A stretch of 56,819 nucleotides of DNA, filler included, from Novakomyces olei (taxonomy: Eukaryota): the NCBI GenBank assembly GCA_016906335.1. It is 2 parts of 2 records of this genome, joined end to end, with 100 filler letters (N's around TTAATTAATTAA, not from the genome) between each part and the next. Parts side by side here need not be neighbours in the genome. Positions count along the whole stretch, not along the records: positions 1 to 29,693 come from JADEYG010000008.1; positions 29,794 to 56,819 come from JADEYG010000010.1. One strand, given 5' to 3'. Below the pieces are notes generated by a model. That model saw only the letters and a list, made by a program, of their open reading frames with translations, made no database searches and was not told where the DNA came from. Numbering within the stretch: position 1 is the stretch's first letter; each line of letters begins with the position of its first letter. Positions 25,876 to 37,018 of the stretch are shown here, in pieces. The position numbers and the translations under genes are program-made.

Positions 25876-25912
25876 CTAGCTATTATTAGTAGTGACATTT
25901 CGACGAAAAGTC
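25876..25912. repeat. Inverted copy of the 19390-19426 element
   Basis: CTAGCTATTATTAGTAGTGACATTTCGACGAAAAGTC; 33/37 identity in reverse complement. Confidence 0.8.
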
Positions 25913-26035
25913 GTATTATTGCATAGAATGCTTCTTGTTTGTGAAAAGATATATTAAAGATTATTTCTGCCAGCATTTATAACAGTTAGTGTTAGGGTTA
26001 TGTAACTAACCCTAACCCTAACTTATTCTGGCTTA

Positions 26036-27745
26036 CTAGATATATTCAAACCGGAATTATGGCGAAATTCCATTTTTATGTAATGTGATTCTTATTATGT
26101 ATAATTCTAGTCAGGGTTTTCGCTTTTCCTTTACGCCATAATTCCATTTCGAAAAATAATTAATGTATGAGGGGGGTCATGCCAATTTCCTTAGCATTCC
26201 CGCGAATTATGGCGTAATTCTAATAAGAATGGTAGGAGAAACGTGGAGGCAGGGTTTTTTAGGGAGAATTTTCCGACTAAATTCCAAATTATAATATGGG
26301 AAATTGCGCGGGAATGCTAAGGAAATTGGCATAAACGGGGGTAAGAACGACGTAAGAGCAAAAATAGTTTCCGCCTTAATTCCAAAACATTGGCAAACCA
26401 TATTGCGGCGAGGGTAGGGTTGCTGAATTTATAAAATATAATTATTATACAAGATGGTCTACACATATTATAGCTATCTGATAATATAATAAAAATATTA
26501 TAGAGAGAGCCCCATAGTAATAAAGTATAATAAGAAAAACGTCAGAAAAATAAGAAAAATTAAGAGTGTGTAGTCCATGTGTAGAGGTGACAAAACGTCG
26601 AATGAACAAGTGTTTTTACAAAAAGTGTATGGTTGGATAGAGGGGTGCAGTAGGAGTGTAAATATATACTTGTTTACAAGATTGGATTAGTAATTATGGA
26701 GATATATGGGTTTAAAGATTTATAAAAAGCTCATGACGGCGCAGGATGCATTTTATGTGGCATTATAATAATGTATAGTAGAATAATTTATTGTAAAGCA
26801 ATGTATGTATAATAATGTATAGTATAATAATGTATGGTAATTTAATGTATAGGAATAATGTATGTATAATAATGTATGGTATAATAATGTATGGTATAAT
26901 AATATATGGTAGAATAATGTATTGTAAAGTTATTGTAAAGTAATGTATGTATAATAATGTATGGAGGAATAATGTATGGAGGAATAATGTATGTATAATA
27001 ATGTGTGGTATAATAATATATGGTAAAATAATGTATTGTAAAGTGAATAATGTATGTATAATAATGTATGGTATAATAATGTATTGTAAAGTAAAGTATG
27101 TATAATAATGTATGGTAAATAATATATGGTAGAATAATGTATTGTAAAGTTATTGTAAAGTAATGTATGTATAATATATATGTAGAATCATATGTAAATA
27201 ATATATGGCATTATAATGTATGGTATAATAATATATGGTGGAATAATGTATGGAGGAATAATGTATGTATAATAATGTATGGTATAATAATATATGGGGG
27301 ATTAATGTATGGAATAATGTATGGGAATTAATGTATGGGGGATTAATGTATGGAGATAATGTGTATGGGGGAATAATGTATGGGGAATAATGTACGGTGA
27401 TATTTATTTAGGGTTAGGGTTATTTATGATCGAATGGAGTAGAGAATTATATTGAGATTGTTGGATATGAAAGGGAGGGAGAGAGTTGGAGTTGAGATAG
27501 GAAGTAAAGGGAAATAGAAAATGGGAATAGAGTAATGTAGAAGTTGCCAAAAAAATGTTTGATAAAGGACAGTTATTGAAAGGAAGATTGTTTTAATATT
27601 ATTTAGTATTTTATAATATTTGGTTAAAGTTTAGAAAGGATCAAATAAAAATGATGATGTAAAAGTTTTAAAAGGGCGGAAAATGTGAATAATAATAGAT
27701 TGAAGGGGTGTGAGGGGATGTGGAAAAGTGATGGAGATGTTAGGC
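26036..27745 (+). repeat. Subtelomeric repeat unit, A-type tail (1710 bp)
   Basis: Starts CTAGATATATTCAA; near-identical heads at 27746 and 48540. Layout is hairpin-rich head, ATAATGTATGG minisatellite (about 26760-27395), purine-rich tail. Confidence 0.95.
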
Positions 27746-29517
27746 CTAGATATATTCAAGACGGAATTATGGCGAAATTCCATTTTATGTAATGTGATTC
27801 TTATTATGTATAATTCTAGTCAGGGTTTTCGCTTTTCCTTTACGCCACAATTCCATTTCGAAAAATAATTAATGTATGAGGGGGGGGTCATGCCAATTTC
27901 CTTAGCATTCCCGCGAATTATGGCGTAATTCTAATAAGAATGGTAGGAGAAACGTGGAGGCAGGGTTTTTTAGGGAGAATTTTCCGACTAAATTCCAAAT
28001 TATAATATGGGAAATTGCGCGGGAATGCTAAGGAAATTGGCATAAACGGGGGTAAGAACGACGTAAGAGCAAAAATAGTTTCCGCCTTAATTCCAAAACA
28101 TTGGCCATATTGCGGCGAGGGTAGGGTTGCTGAATTTATAAAATATAATTATTATACAAGATGGTCTACACATATTATAGCTATCTGATAATATAATAAA
28201 AATATTATAGAGAGAGCCCCATAGTAATAAAGTATAATAAGAAAAACGTGAGAAAAATAAGAAAAATTAAGAGTGTGTAGTCCATGTGTAGAGGTGACAA
28301 AACGTCGAATGAACAAGTGTTTTTACAAAAAGTGTATGGTTGGATAGAGGGGAGCCGTAGGAGTGTAAATATATATTGTTTACAAGATTGGATTAGTAAT
28401 TATGGAGATATATGGGTTTAAAGATTTATAAAAAGCTCATGACGGCGCAGGATGCATTATGTGGCATTATAATAATGTATAGTAGAATAATTTATTGTAA
28501 AGCAATGTATGTATAATAATGTATAGTATAATAATGTATGGTAATTTAATGTATAGGAATAATGTATGTATAATAATGTATGGTATAATAATGTATGGAG
28601 GAATAATGTATGTATAATAATGTGTGGTATAATAATATATGGTAAAATAATGTATTGTAAAGTGAATAATGTATGTATAATAATGTATGGTATAATAATG
28701 TATTGTAAAGTGAATAATGTATGTATAATAATGTATGGTATAATAATGTATGGTAGAATAATATATGGCATTATAATGTATGGTATTATAATATATGGTA
28801 GAATAATGTATGGAGGATAATGTAAAGAGGAATAATGTATGTATAATAATGTATGGTATAATAATATATGGCATTATAATGTATTGTAAAGTAATGTATG
28901 TATAATAATGTATGGTATAATAATATATGGTAGAATAATGTATGGAGGAATAATGTATGGAAGAATAATGTATGGAAGAATAATGTATGGATGAATAATG
29001 TATGGGGATAATGTATGGTGTTAATATATAGTATTAATGTATGGGGGCATAATATGAGAGTTGTTCAGTTAGGGTTAGGGTTATTTATTGGGATAATGTA
29101 TGGGGTATTATAATGTATGAGTTAGTTGTTTTATTAGGGTTAGGGTTATTTATCATGGAGTGGAGTAGAGAAATTTGTTGAGATTGTTGGATAAAGGAAA
29201 GGATGGAGAGAGTTGGAGTTGAGATGGGAAATAGAAGTAGAAAATGGGAATAGATTTATGTAGATTTTGGCAAAAAAAGGTTGAAAAAGGAGAGTAGTTG
29301 AAAGAAAGATTGTGATAATATTGTATAGTATGATATAGAATTGTATGTTAGATTATAAAGGGATCAAGCATAATTAAAGATATGAAAGATAAAAAAAGGC
29401 AGAGAATGAGAATAATAATTGATTGAAGTGGTGTGGGGGGATGGTGAAAAGAGATGGGAGATGAAGAAAGACAGATTTTGGAAGAGTTGAGGGAAGTATA
29501 TGGAAGTTGATGGAGAT
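27746..29517 (+). repeat. Subtelomeric repeat unit, B-type tail, abutting the telomere
   Basis: Tandem copy of the 26036 head; minisatellite at about 28465-29110; tail matches 56220-56700. Confidence 0.95.
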
Positions 29518-29693
29518 TGTCAGGGTTAGGGTTAGTCAGGGTTAGTTAGGGTTAGTTAGGTTAGGTTATGTCAGGGTTAGTGTTAGGGTTAGTTAGGGTT
29601 AGTTAGGGTTAGTTAGGGTTAGTCAGGGTTAGTCAGGGTTAGTTAGGGTTAGTTAGGGTTAGTTAGGGTTAGTTAGGGTTAGTTAGGGTTAGT
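29518..29693 (+). repeat. Telomere tract, (TTAGTTAGGG)n with TTAGTCAGGG variants
   Basis: Direct tandem 10-mers running G-rich 5'->3' to the contig end. Confidence 0.95.
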
Positions 29694-29793
29694 NNNNNNN
29701 NNNNNNNNNNNNNNNNNNNNNNNNNNNNNNNNNNNNNTTAATTAATTAANNNNNNNNNNNNNNNNNNNNNNNNNNNNNNNNNNNNNNNNNNNN
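29694..29793. other. Artificial contig-joining spacer
   Basis: 44 N + TTAATTAATTAA (stops in all six frames) + 44 N = exactly 100 bp, directly after a telomere. Confidence 0.97.
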
Positions 29794-30143
29794 AAATAAT
29801 TACCCTTTAGTCACGAGATCCGCTGCTCATGGCCATCAAAAACACACGCGAGGTTGCGTTTGCCGCATACATCGCACGGATTGAGTACCAGAACACTTGA
29901 TTTTGAGCCTTCGACATCGCGAGCATCTAATACGGTACATTTAGCTTACGCATAAATATGTCAAACTTACGCGTTAGGGGGCCCTTTTGTTAACCCGGTG
30001 AGCATTGCCCGCCATTGCCGCCCGCCTTTTGGGCAGAGTGATGTATGTACCCGAATAGACGGCGATACTGCACTATTATTTGTATTTTTATCAATTAATA
30101 TAAATAGAGAGTGAGTGGGGAAATGTAGGAGAACGCTTGCCAT
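29794..30143 (-). CDS. Zn2Cys6 transcription factor, Put3/PrnA-like, 5' part only (runs off the contig; absent from the ORF track)
   Basis: RAPNA | intron GTAAGT...TAG (about 29970-29927) | CSRCRRLKIKCSGTQ-PCDVCGKRNLACVFDGHEQRI.VTK with 1-bp slips. The short C3-C4 loop and the 'RI.VTK' linker resemble Put3. Start codon uncertain. Confidence 0.8.
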
Positions 30144-30926
30144 AGTAAAATAAAAGGCATATGTACGAGGTCAGACAACGACATGATAAGGTCGATATGC
30201 GATGGGCAAATAGGCTTTGTCGCTATTGAATGTGGGAAAGTAAAATCTGCTTATTATGGGACTAGATACCATCGTTGTGATCATTGCTGAGCTATAGTCA
30301 GGCGAAATTCAAAACGAGGGAGAGTATTTATAAAAGTGGTCTATTAGGAAGCTGTGCCGTGGTGCAACACAAAATGCAGCATACCCAGGAAATTATTCCA
30401 CATGAACGCTTTCAAGTTTGATTTGTGCTTGCACCTTTTCACTCATGTCATAAACTTTTAACAAAGCAATTTTAACTGAAAAATATAGCCTCCACTTTTT
30501 TTTTTTTTTTTGCGCAAATGAGAATTTTATTTTATTTTATTTTTTTCTTCAATAAAATTGTATGCGGCAATTGATCACTTTTGCTGAGCAAGACAAATCA
30601 AATTTTCCTTCATATCAGCCGACAGCACTGTCTTCTTACAACTTCCAATCATTTTGAAAGACTTGGATGGCCAATTTTTTTATTTGCAGGGTTTGCGATA
30701 CCAGATTGCCAGATAATATAGTAAACTTTGTTATAATTGATTCAATTGTTGGCAACCGAATGCTGGAATTTTTACAAATTGGGGGCAAGAGAGCCAGAAA
30801 ACAGGTCGCACATAGAATAAGACTTTTAATCCAATCTGAGTGAAGAGAAAACGGCCAGCGCTTCTCGTCCTTTCGGAACGATAATTTGTTATCGCTGCTT
30901 AAGCAAGCGCGTCACATACATCCAAT

Positions 30927-31045
30927 CGGAAACGTTCCCGATCGCTGAGTGGGTACGATATAGTCAATACTGATAAAGTGAGAAGGAGCTTACCTTTGTG
31001 TTACTTTCTTTATTCTATAAATACCTGTTATCGGAAGCGCTACCG
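30927..31045. promoter_or_regulatory. Two CGG-N8-CCG sites upstream of the FAD oxidase
   Basis: CGGAAACGTTCCCG at 30927-30940 and CGGAAGCGCTACCG at 31032-31045, with neighbouring GATAA sites. Confidence 0.65.
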
Positions 31046-31199
31046 CGAGATACGTGGGCGCAATGTAACCTGCCTTTCGGAGAGCGATCTGGTCTTACAT
31101 CAGATACTCCATCTTTATGGACTTAATAAAGACTGAGTAACTACTTGAACTTAATTAGCAATTACAGTTCTGCTGCTTTGATATTTGAAGACGCGCAAT

Positions 31200-32624
31200 A
31201 TGAAAATTCAAAAGTCAGACCCAATAATCATAGTTGGTGGGGGCGCTTATGGTCTTTCGACTGCACTCCATTTGTTGCAAGATGGTTTCACCAACCTATC
31301 CGTCTTTGAAAAGAGCGAGACAATTCCTCCTTTACAGTCGGCTGCGAATGATCTCAACAAAATTGTGCGAGCGGAATACGAGGAGCCATTCTATTCGGAT
31401 TTGACCTTGGTAGGCAGTATACTTTTTTTCAATAAACATATTTTTGTTCAATTTTGATCCGGTTTAGACATCGGCATAAAATGTTTTGTGCTATCATCTT
31501 TGGCTATTTACAGTTTTATTAATTTATCAGAAAGCAATTGAAGCTTGGAAAACTCCTCTTTTTGCGCCACATTTCCACCAAGTTGGTTTCGTCCACTGTG
31601 TGTCTGGAGCTGCTCCACAGGAAGCACAAAACACTCTAAACAGGTTCCAGAAGGCGGCGGAAAATAATCCGGTTCTAAAGCCTCATGTGAAACCAATTAA
31701 CGGGCCCGTCGACGTGCATGAAACTTGCTGGCAATTCAATCAGGGCCAAACGCCAGGCTGGAAAGGCTACGTCAACTACTATGACGGTTACGCACACTCA
31801 GGAAATGCTCTTGTTTCTGTCTTTCGAGCCACAATTTCATCTGGCGTAAAGTACTTCTTGGGCCTCAATACGAAGTCAAGAAAGTGATTTACGGTAAGCC
31901 TGTGTCTCAGAATTTTGCCGGTGTTCAAACAAAAGACGGTAAGATTTATAAGGCCGCGCTCGTTATTGTAGCGGCTGGAGCGGCAGTTGGACGCTTGATT
32001 CCAGAACTTGGAAGGCAAGTCGTTGCTAAGTCTTGGTCTGTAGCCCATGTCCATTTGACGGACGAAGAAACGTCGGCTTTACGTGGAATCCCTGTCACTT
32101 ATGCCCGTGATTTAGGCTTCTTTTTCGAGCCTGATCCAAAGACAAATTTGTTGAAACTGTGTCCCATGGGTGGTGGCTATATCAATACTGACCCAATGAA
32201 TGGAGTATCTTATGCTCCGGAGTCTTATGGAGATAGTGCGTTTATGCCAGAGGAGGACGAAAAGAAAGTACGGCTTTTACTAAAGCAAACCCTACCTTAT
32301 TTGGCCGATCGCCCTCTGGTGCAAAAGACACTTTGCTGGTTTGCCGATACAAAGGACACAGATTTTATTTTCGATTATGCCCCAAATTCTAATTCTACAG
32401 TACTTGTAATGTCTGGTGACTCTGGCCATGCTTTCAAGATGTTTCCAATAATTGGTTCATGGATCGTCGATCTTTTGAAGGCTCCCAATGGCCAACAGAA
32501 TACAAAGCGCTGGCGCTGGAAGGAAGCTAACGACAAAAAAGAGAAATGGGCCGGAGAAGTCAGCTGGCGGCTTGGCGCAAGCACAGAGTTTGCGGATATC
32601 AAGCAGCCAAGGTCCAAACTATAG
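31200..32624 (+). CDS. FAD-dependent oxidase, monomeric sarcosine / L-pipecolate / fructosyl-amino-acid oxidase family
   Basis: IIVGGGAYGLSTALHL, SAANDLNKIVRAEY, intron 31410-31530, GFFFEPD, LCWFADT (flavinylation Cys), GDSGHAFKMFPIIG. One frameshift at about 31870. Confidence 0.92.
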
Positions 32625-33099
32625 ATCTTGGCAACAGAATTGGGATTATTATTATTAGAATTATTTTTAGGTAAATAGTAAAAACATTTTCTTTTGAATT
32701 GGGAATCATGCTGAGCTTGAACAAATTAGATATAATAAAAAATCAATTGAAATCGGGGAAAAATTACAGTGAAATGCAAAGGTGTAGTGTGAAGAAGAAT
32801 GGGCAGCAATGTGAATTTACTAATGATAACAGTTGTCTTTTCCTTCGACAGAGGCCAGCTGCACAAATTAATAAGATCAGATATACAAAAATATCAGTGA
32901 TGTGACTATAAATGCTCTCAGTTATAAGACCAACATAATGGGGGTAAGTGTTTAAACCTTTATTTGCAATATGTAAAAAAGGCTTTTTAAACCTAAGAAA
33001 CAATGTAATTAGATGTATACCAATGTTGGAAAAGAAATTTATCATATCGTACATAATTAGTGACCGAGACTGACTAAATGGAGATTCTGTCGCGAACAA

Positions 33100-34984
33100 C
33101 TTACCGTTGCTTGGATATAAAACCGACAGGGGAAAAAATTCTTCCTTGATCAAACGAGATACAGAATTGCGTAAACCGTCTGAGCTGCCGCCTTAATGTA
33201 CGTACGCTCGCTCGGAGCGCCGCCGAAAGATGGCTGACAAATAGAAGCATATTTTGCAGTCTGTGAAGAGTAGAATTATTACAAAATAATAAATAAAACG
33301 CTAAAATAATGACGTATGGAAAAAAGTTTCCGGCAGAAAGCCGGAGTATTTTCAGCTCTTGATGATTTTCCGGTCCTGAGGAAAAAGCACCTGAAGGGCC
33401 AACCCGCCACCAGGCCGGTCAATCAGTCTTAAGCATCTTTGAGAAATCGGCATCAGGGTAACGTAAACAGTAAGAACAGGCCAAAGATTTCCTCATTGAA
33501 AAGCTATGCTCCGAATCTTTGCAACGTAGACAGTAGGCTTGACAATAATATCCCACAGAATCATCAATAATACCACCAGCAATGCACTCCAACTGGAATC
33601 GGCTATGCTCATACGATAATCTTCTTGATCTTATCGAAGAGCGTCGGTGAATGACGGGCCAATAAGCTCCAATCTTGTCCGGGTTGCCGAAGTAATCTTG
33701 CTGATACCATTTTCAACAGAGAGAGAAACTCTTGTGCTCGGCGATTCCGGAAGGTACAAACGCGAAGTTGCTGAGCACTTTTGGCCCTGGTACCAAATGA
33801 TCCACGGATAGTGTGGTAAACCAGCACTTGGAATATCAGCGGTAGAGTCGAACAAATGGAAGATTCTTCCCATTGTCTCAGCTCCAACACGAGAAACTCG
33901 CGATAGAGATTGCTGGCAATCCTGTACCAATACGGCATAAAAGATCGAAAAACATCAGAAGACCCAATAAAATTAAGACAGCGGAAGTCAGGGTGTTTAA
34001 AGACAGCGTCGTTGATGACTCAGATCACCAGTTGACGAATTGAATACATCTTTGGCAGACTGCTTCCAAGAGGATTTTGTATACAGATAACTGGCATAGA
34101 CGCTAAGGGAGAACTCCAGAGAACCACGTTGCCCATATAAGAGCGGGAGCAGAGACCAAATTACTCCTAGAGCGGTAAAGTTGAAGGGAAGATGGAATAG
34201 AGAAACCCTCCAAGGCGATAGTCGAGTCGGCTAATTCAGGTTAGAATTGTGAACAAGGTATAAAACTGCAATACGCTAGTAAGATGATATTATATTTGAA
34301 CATAACCGAGCAGACACAAAGTAGCCAGGAATCAACTCCACATTCCAATCACTGCCCGGTCAGGCTGTCTACAAATCTTGCGGCAATTACAGTTCAATCG
34401 AAAGAAATCGGCCAATTCGGCGGAAGCATCAATTTCAGCTTGCAGATGTTCTTTCTTGGGCCTAAATATTTGCTGATAGTTCTCATATTGACTTTCAGTC
34501 ACCAATTCAGCTGCCTTTAAAAAGATGCTTGCACGATGACGAATGGTGTGTTCTCCCACTCCTCTTACACTTAGGGCTGCTTCAATGCTCAGAGACTTGC
34601 TCCTTTTCGAAAGAGGGTATTAGTGAATTTAATTGCGTGCTCTGCTGGTAAAGGCGATCCCATGATTTTCGCTACTGTGCATTTGCCGATCGAATACATA
34701 TTCGCTTTGCAAGGCAATTGAGATCGGAGTCTCTTTAGAACAACTTCCAACTTTTCACGTTTCCTGAACCCTTTTTATAGTGTAACTAGAAAAATTTAGC
34801 AAACGTTGGTTAATTGATAGCAAAATAAAGAATTTTTTGAACGGATGGAGGAAAGTTTGCATTGGCGTACGTTAGACTCGTTTCTGGGATCAGGTAAGCG
34901 AATGCATGGTGTCTTGTTCGAATTGAACAAACCGACCCGCCTGGCGCATTGATCGGCGATTAGAGATTAATGAAAACCAGCCAT
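33100..34984 (-). CDS. Delta-1-pyrroline-5-carboxylate dehydrogenase (Put2/PrnC/ALDH4 family), spliced, many 1-bp indels
   Basis: LPDPRNE, RASIFLKAAEL, QAEIDASAELADFFRLN, PFNFTA, YQGQKCSATSRLYLP (catalytic Cys), EEIFGPVLTVY, SAGNF, FGG, IKEEFFPL.VLYPSN. Confidence 0.92.
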
Positions 34985-35136
34985 ATTACAGATGTGCTGA
35001 CGCTTGCTTTGTATAAAATGCTGTTACACCGGAAGTCTGAAAGCACAAGAAAATGGCTTGTCAAAGAGCAGGCTGTCCCTTTATACATCTGTTATCGGAT
35101 AATAATTATTATAATTCAGCTACAATAAATGTACGT

Positions 35137-35150
35137 CGGATGCTTTCCCG
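35137..35150. promoter_or_regulatory. CGG-N8-CCG site upstream of P5C dehydrogenase
   Basis: CGGATGCTTTCCCG about 150 bp upstream of the ATG. Confidence 0.6.
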
Positions 35151-35599
35151 ATGGTTATTTTTTCCTTATTGTTCCATATCGGACGGAAACTCAAATTGGA
35201 GTGGCGGTAAAGTGCGAATATATCCCTAACACAATCGCATTTGAATGGAATTGGAGAGGAAGCAGACCATGTATTTGTAAGAAATTCTTATTTGATGTTT
35301 CAAACTAAAATGACCCAGCTGTCAAATGTTTGCGTGTTGTTTTGGACTATTTTGTATCAGTTGATGAACCATGTGAATGTGTTCAGTACTAGCAAGTGAT
35401 GGTAAATGTATATGTATTTTTTCTAATAAACAATTACCTAAAACTACTGACTTGTCGTTATAATTAACAGTGTCTTGTAGAGCTATGGAAAAGACATGCC
35501 TGACCTAAGAAAATTCTGCAAAACATTAGTCAGAAATAATTACCAATAAATGTGCCGTCCTACTTAAAGCCAGATAAACTTTGGACGTGAATGAATCTC

Positions 35600-36755
35600 T
35601 TAGCCACTAAGAAATTCATATTTTATGAAGCAGATCAATACTGTAAAATCTATTTAAAACATTTTAGTGCTTGTATCGTTAATGTGGGTAACTTCCCATA
35701 AGGCGGGCTAACGGTAACTGCTTCAAGCACAGCTCGTCCAAATGACCTCGAACCCTGTTCTTCCATGACCATCACTCCAGCGATGTACAGCCTCCAGTGA
35801 AGTGCCCTGAACCTCAATTCCGCTGGAGATACCCACTTTGAAGAATACCCGCTGTACGCGCATAGACTGAAATCACTCATTTTACGGGCAAACTGCGGGG
35901 CACGCCAACAGCGACAGAAGCATCAATCATAGCATCACAACAATTGAGAAAAATGCGGGCGTAAGAGCCAGCCACAGCAGTAGCTGACATTCCATCAATT
36001 TGGTTCAATTGGACTGTTTCGCCAATTTGTTCGAAAATGAAATTTTGCAAGTAAAAAGGTCTTGAGGTTTGGATCTGATCTTCAATAGCAGTCAGAGACT
36101 GTAGCAACTGAAGCAACATGAAAGGTACAAAAACCCAAGACCAGATCTTTTGTATGGTTTCAGCCGAGTTTAGATCCGTAAATGCTCCTTCCAATTCTGG
36201 TCTCAGCCACATACACTATCAAAAGTTGCCCTTCAATACCTGACGAAGAGCGTCATTGTTCAGTACCTCTGCAATCTCGCTAGTTCAAGCCTAAGATTTA
36301 GTATCTTGCTCCCTGACCGCTTGACGTTCTGGCTTCGATAAACTGAAAGCTGTCGAGTATTTGAAAACGAGCCTCAAGTCTTGAGCCCGGACCGCTCGCT
36401 GCGTACGCATGCAAGAACCGTGAAAAGATGGTTCGCGCTTTTTCAACAGCGGCAAGTAACCGCCTAAAATGCAACGCCATGTTTCCTGCCGAAAAGCGAA
36501 AATCAGGTCAGAGAAATACTTCAAACGGTGGTGCTAGCTAACGTACCACATCCTAGTATAACAAGAGTCAAGTTACAGGAGCATATATATACAATAGAGT
36601 CTGCAATGGATGTTAAAGCAAAGCCTAAGCGCGTCCGGTTTTGTCTGGTCTACTGCTGATATTAATTTATTATATACGCTTGAAAAACAGAGAGTATAGT
36701 GCAATCTTTCGATGCGTATCTTCCAAATCTTCGGTATAACGTTGTGATAAAGCAT
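35600..36755 (-). CDS. Unidentified protein inside the cluster (spliced/frameshifted)
   Basis: Chain of co-linear minus-strand ORFs (36573-36755, 36291-36524, 35877-36212, 35650-35880) with a GTACGT...CTGAC...CAG intron at about 36547-36488; no family recognised. Confidence 0.5.
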
Positions 36756-37018
36756 TAAATGGTTCTATGGATTCGGATCCGATGATATTGTGCGGGATAT
36801 ATAAAACGTGTGTGTGGGCGTAATATTAAATATAGTCTGAAATGGATAGATCGATAAGAAATAATGAAATAAATCTGCAAAACTTTTTGGCGCTATATTA
36901 CTAAAATTTCATACGGATCTACATAATCGATAACGGAAGGTTTACTCATAATCGTAATCAAATTTATCTAAATTTCTTCATCGCTAAAGTTCTGTGTTCA
37001 AATTGAAATACAGGACTT

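Noticed and set aside
28457-28874. Tyr/Ile/His-rich ORFs (also 56022-56219)
   Set aside because: They are translations of the C-poor minisatellite, not genes.
26760-29110. CRISPR-like array
   Set aside because: Eukaryotic context, no unique spacers and no cas genes; a simple satellite.
29518-29900. Interstitial telomere or chromosome fusion in mid-window
   Set aside because: The telomere is followed by an exact 100-bp N/TTAATTAATTAA linker, so the adjacency of the two halves is artificial.
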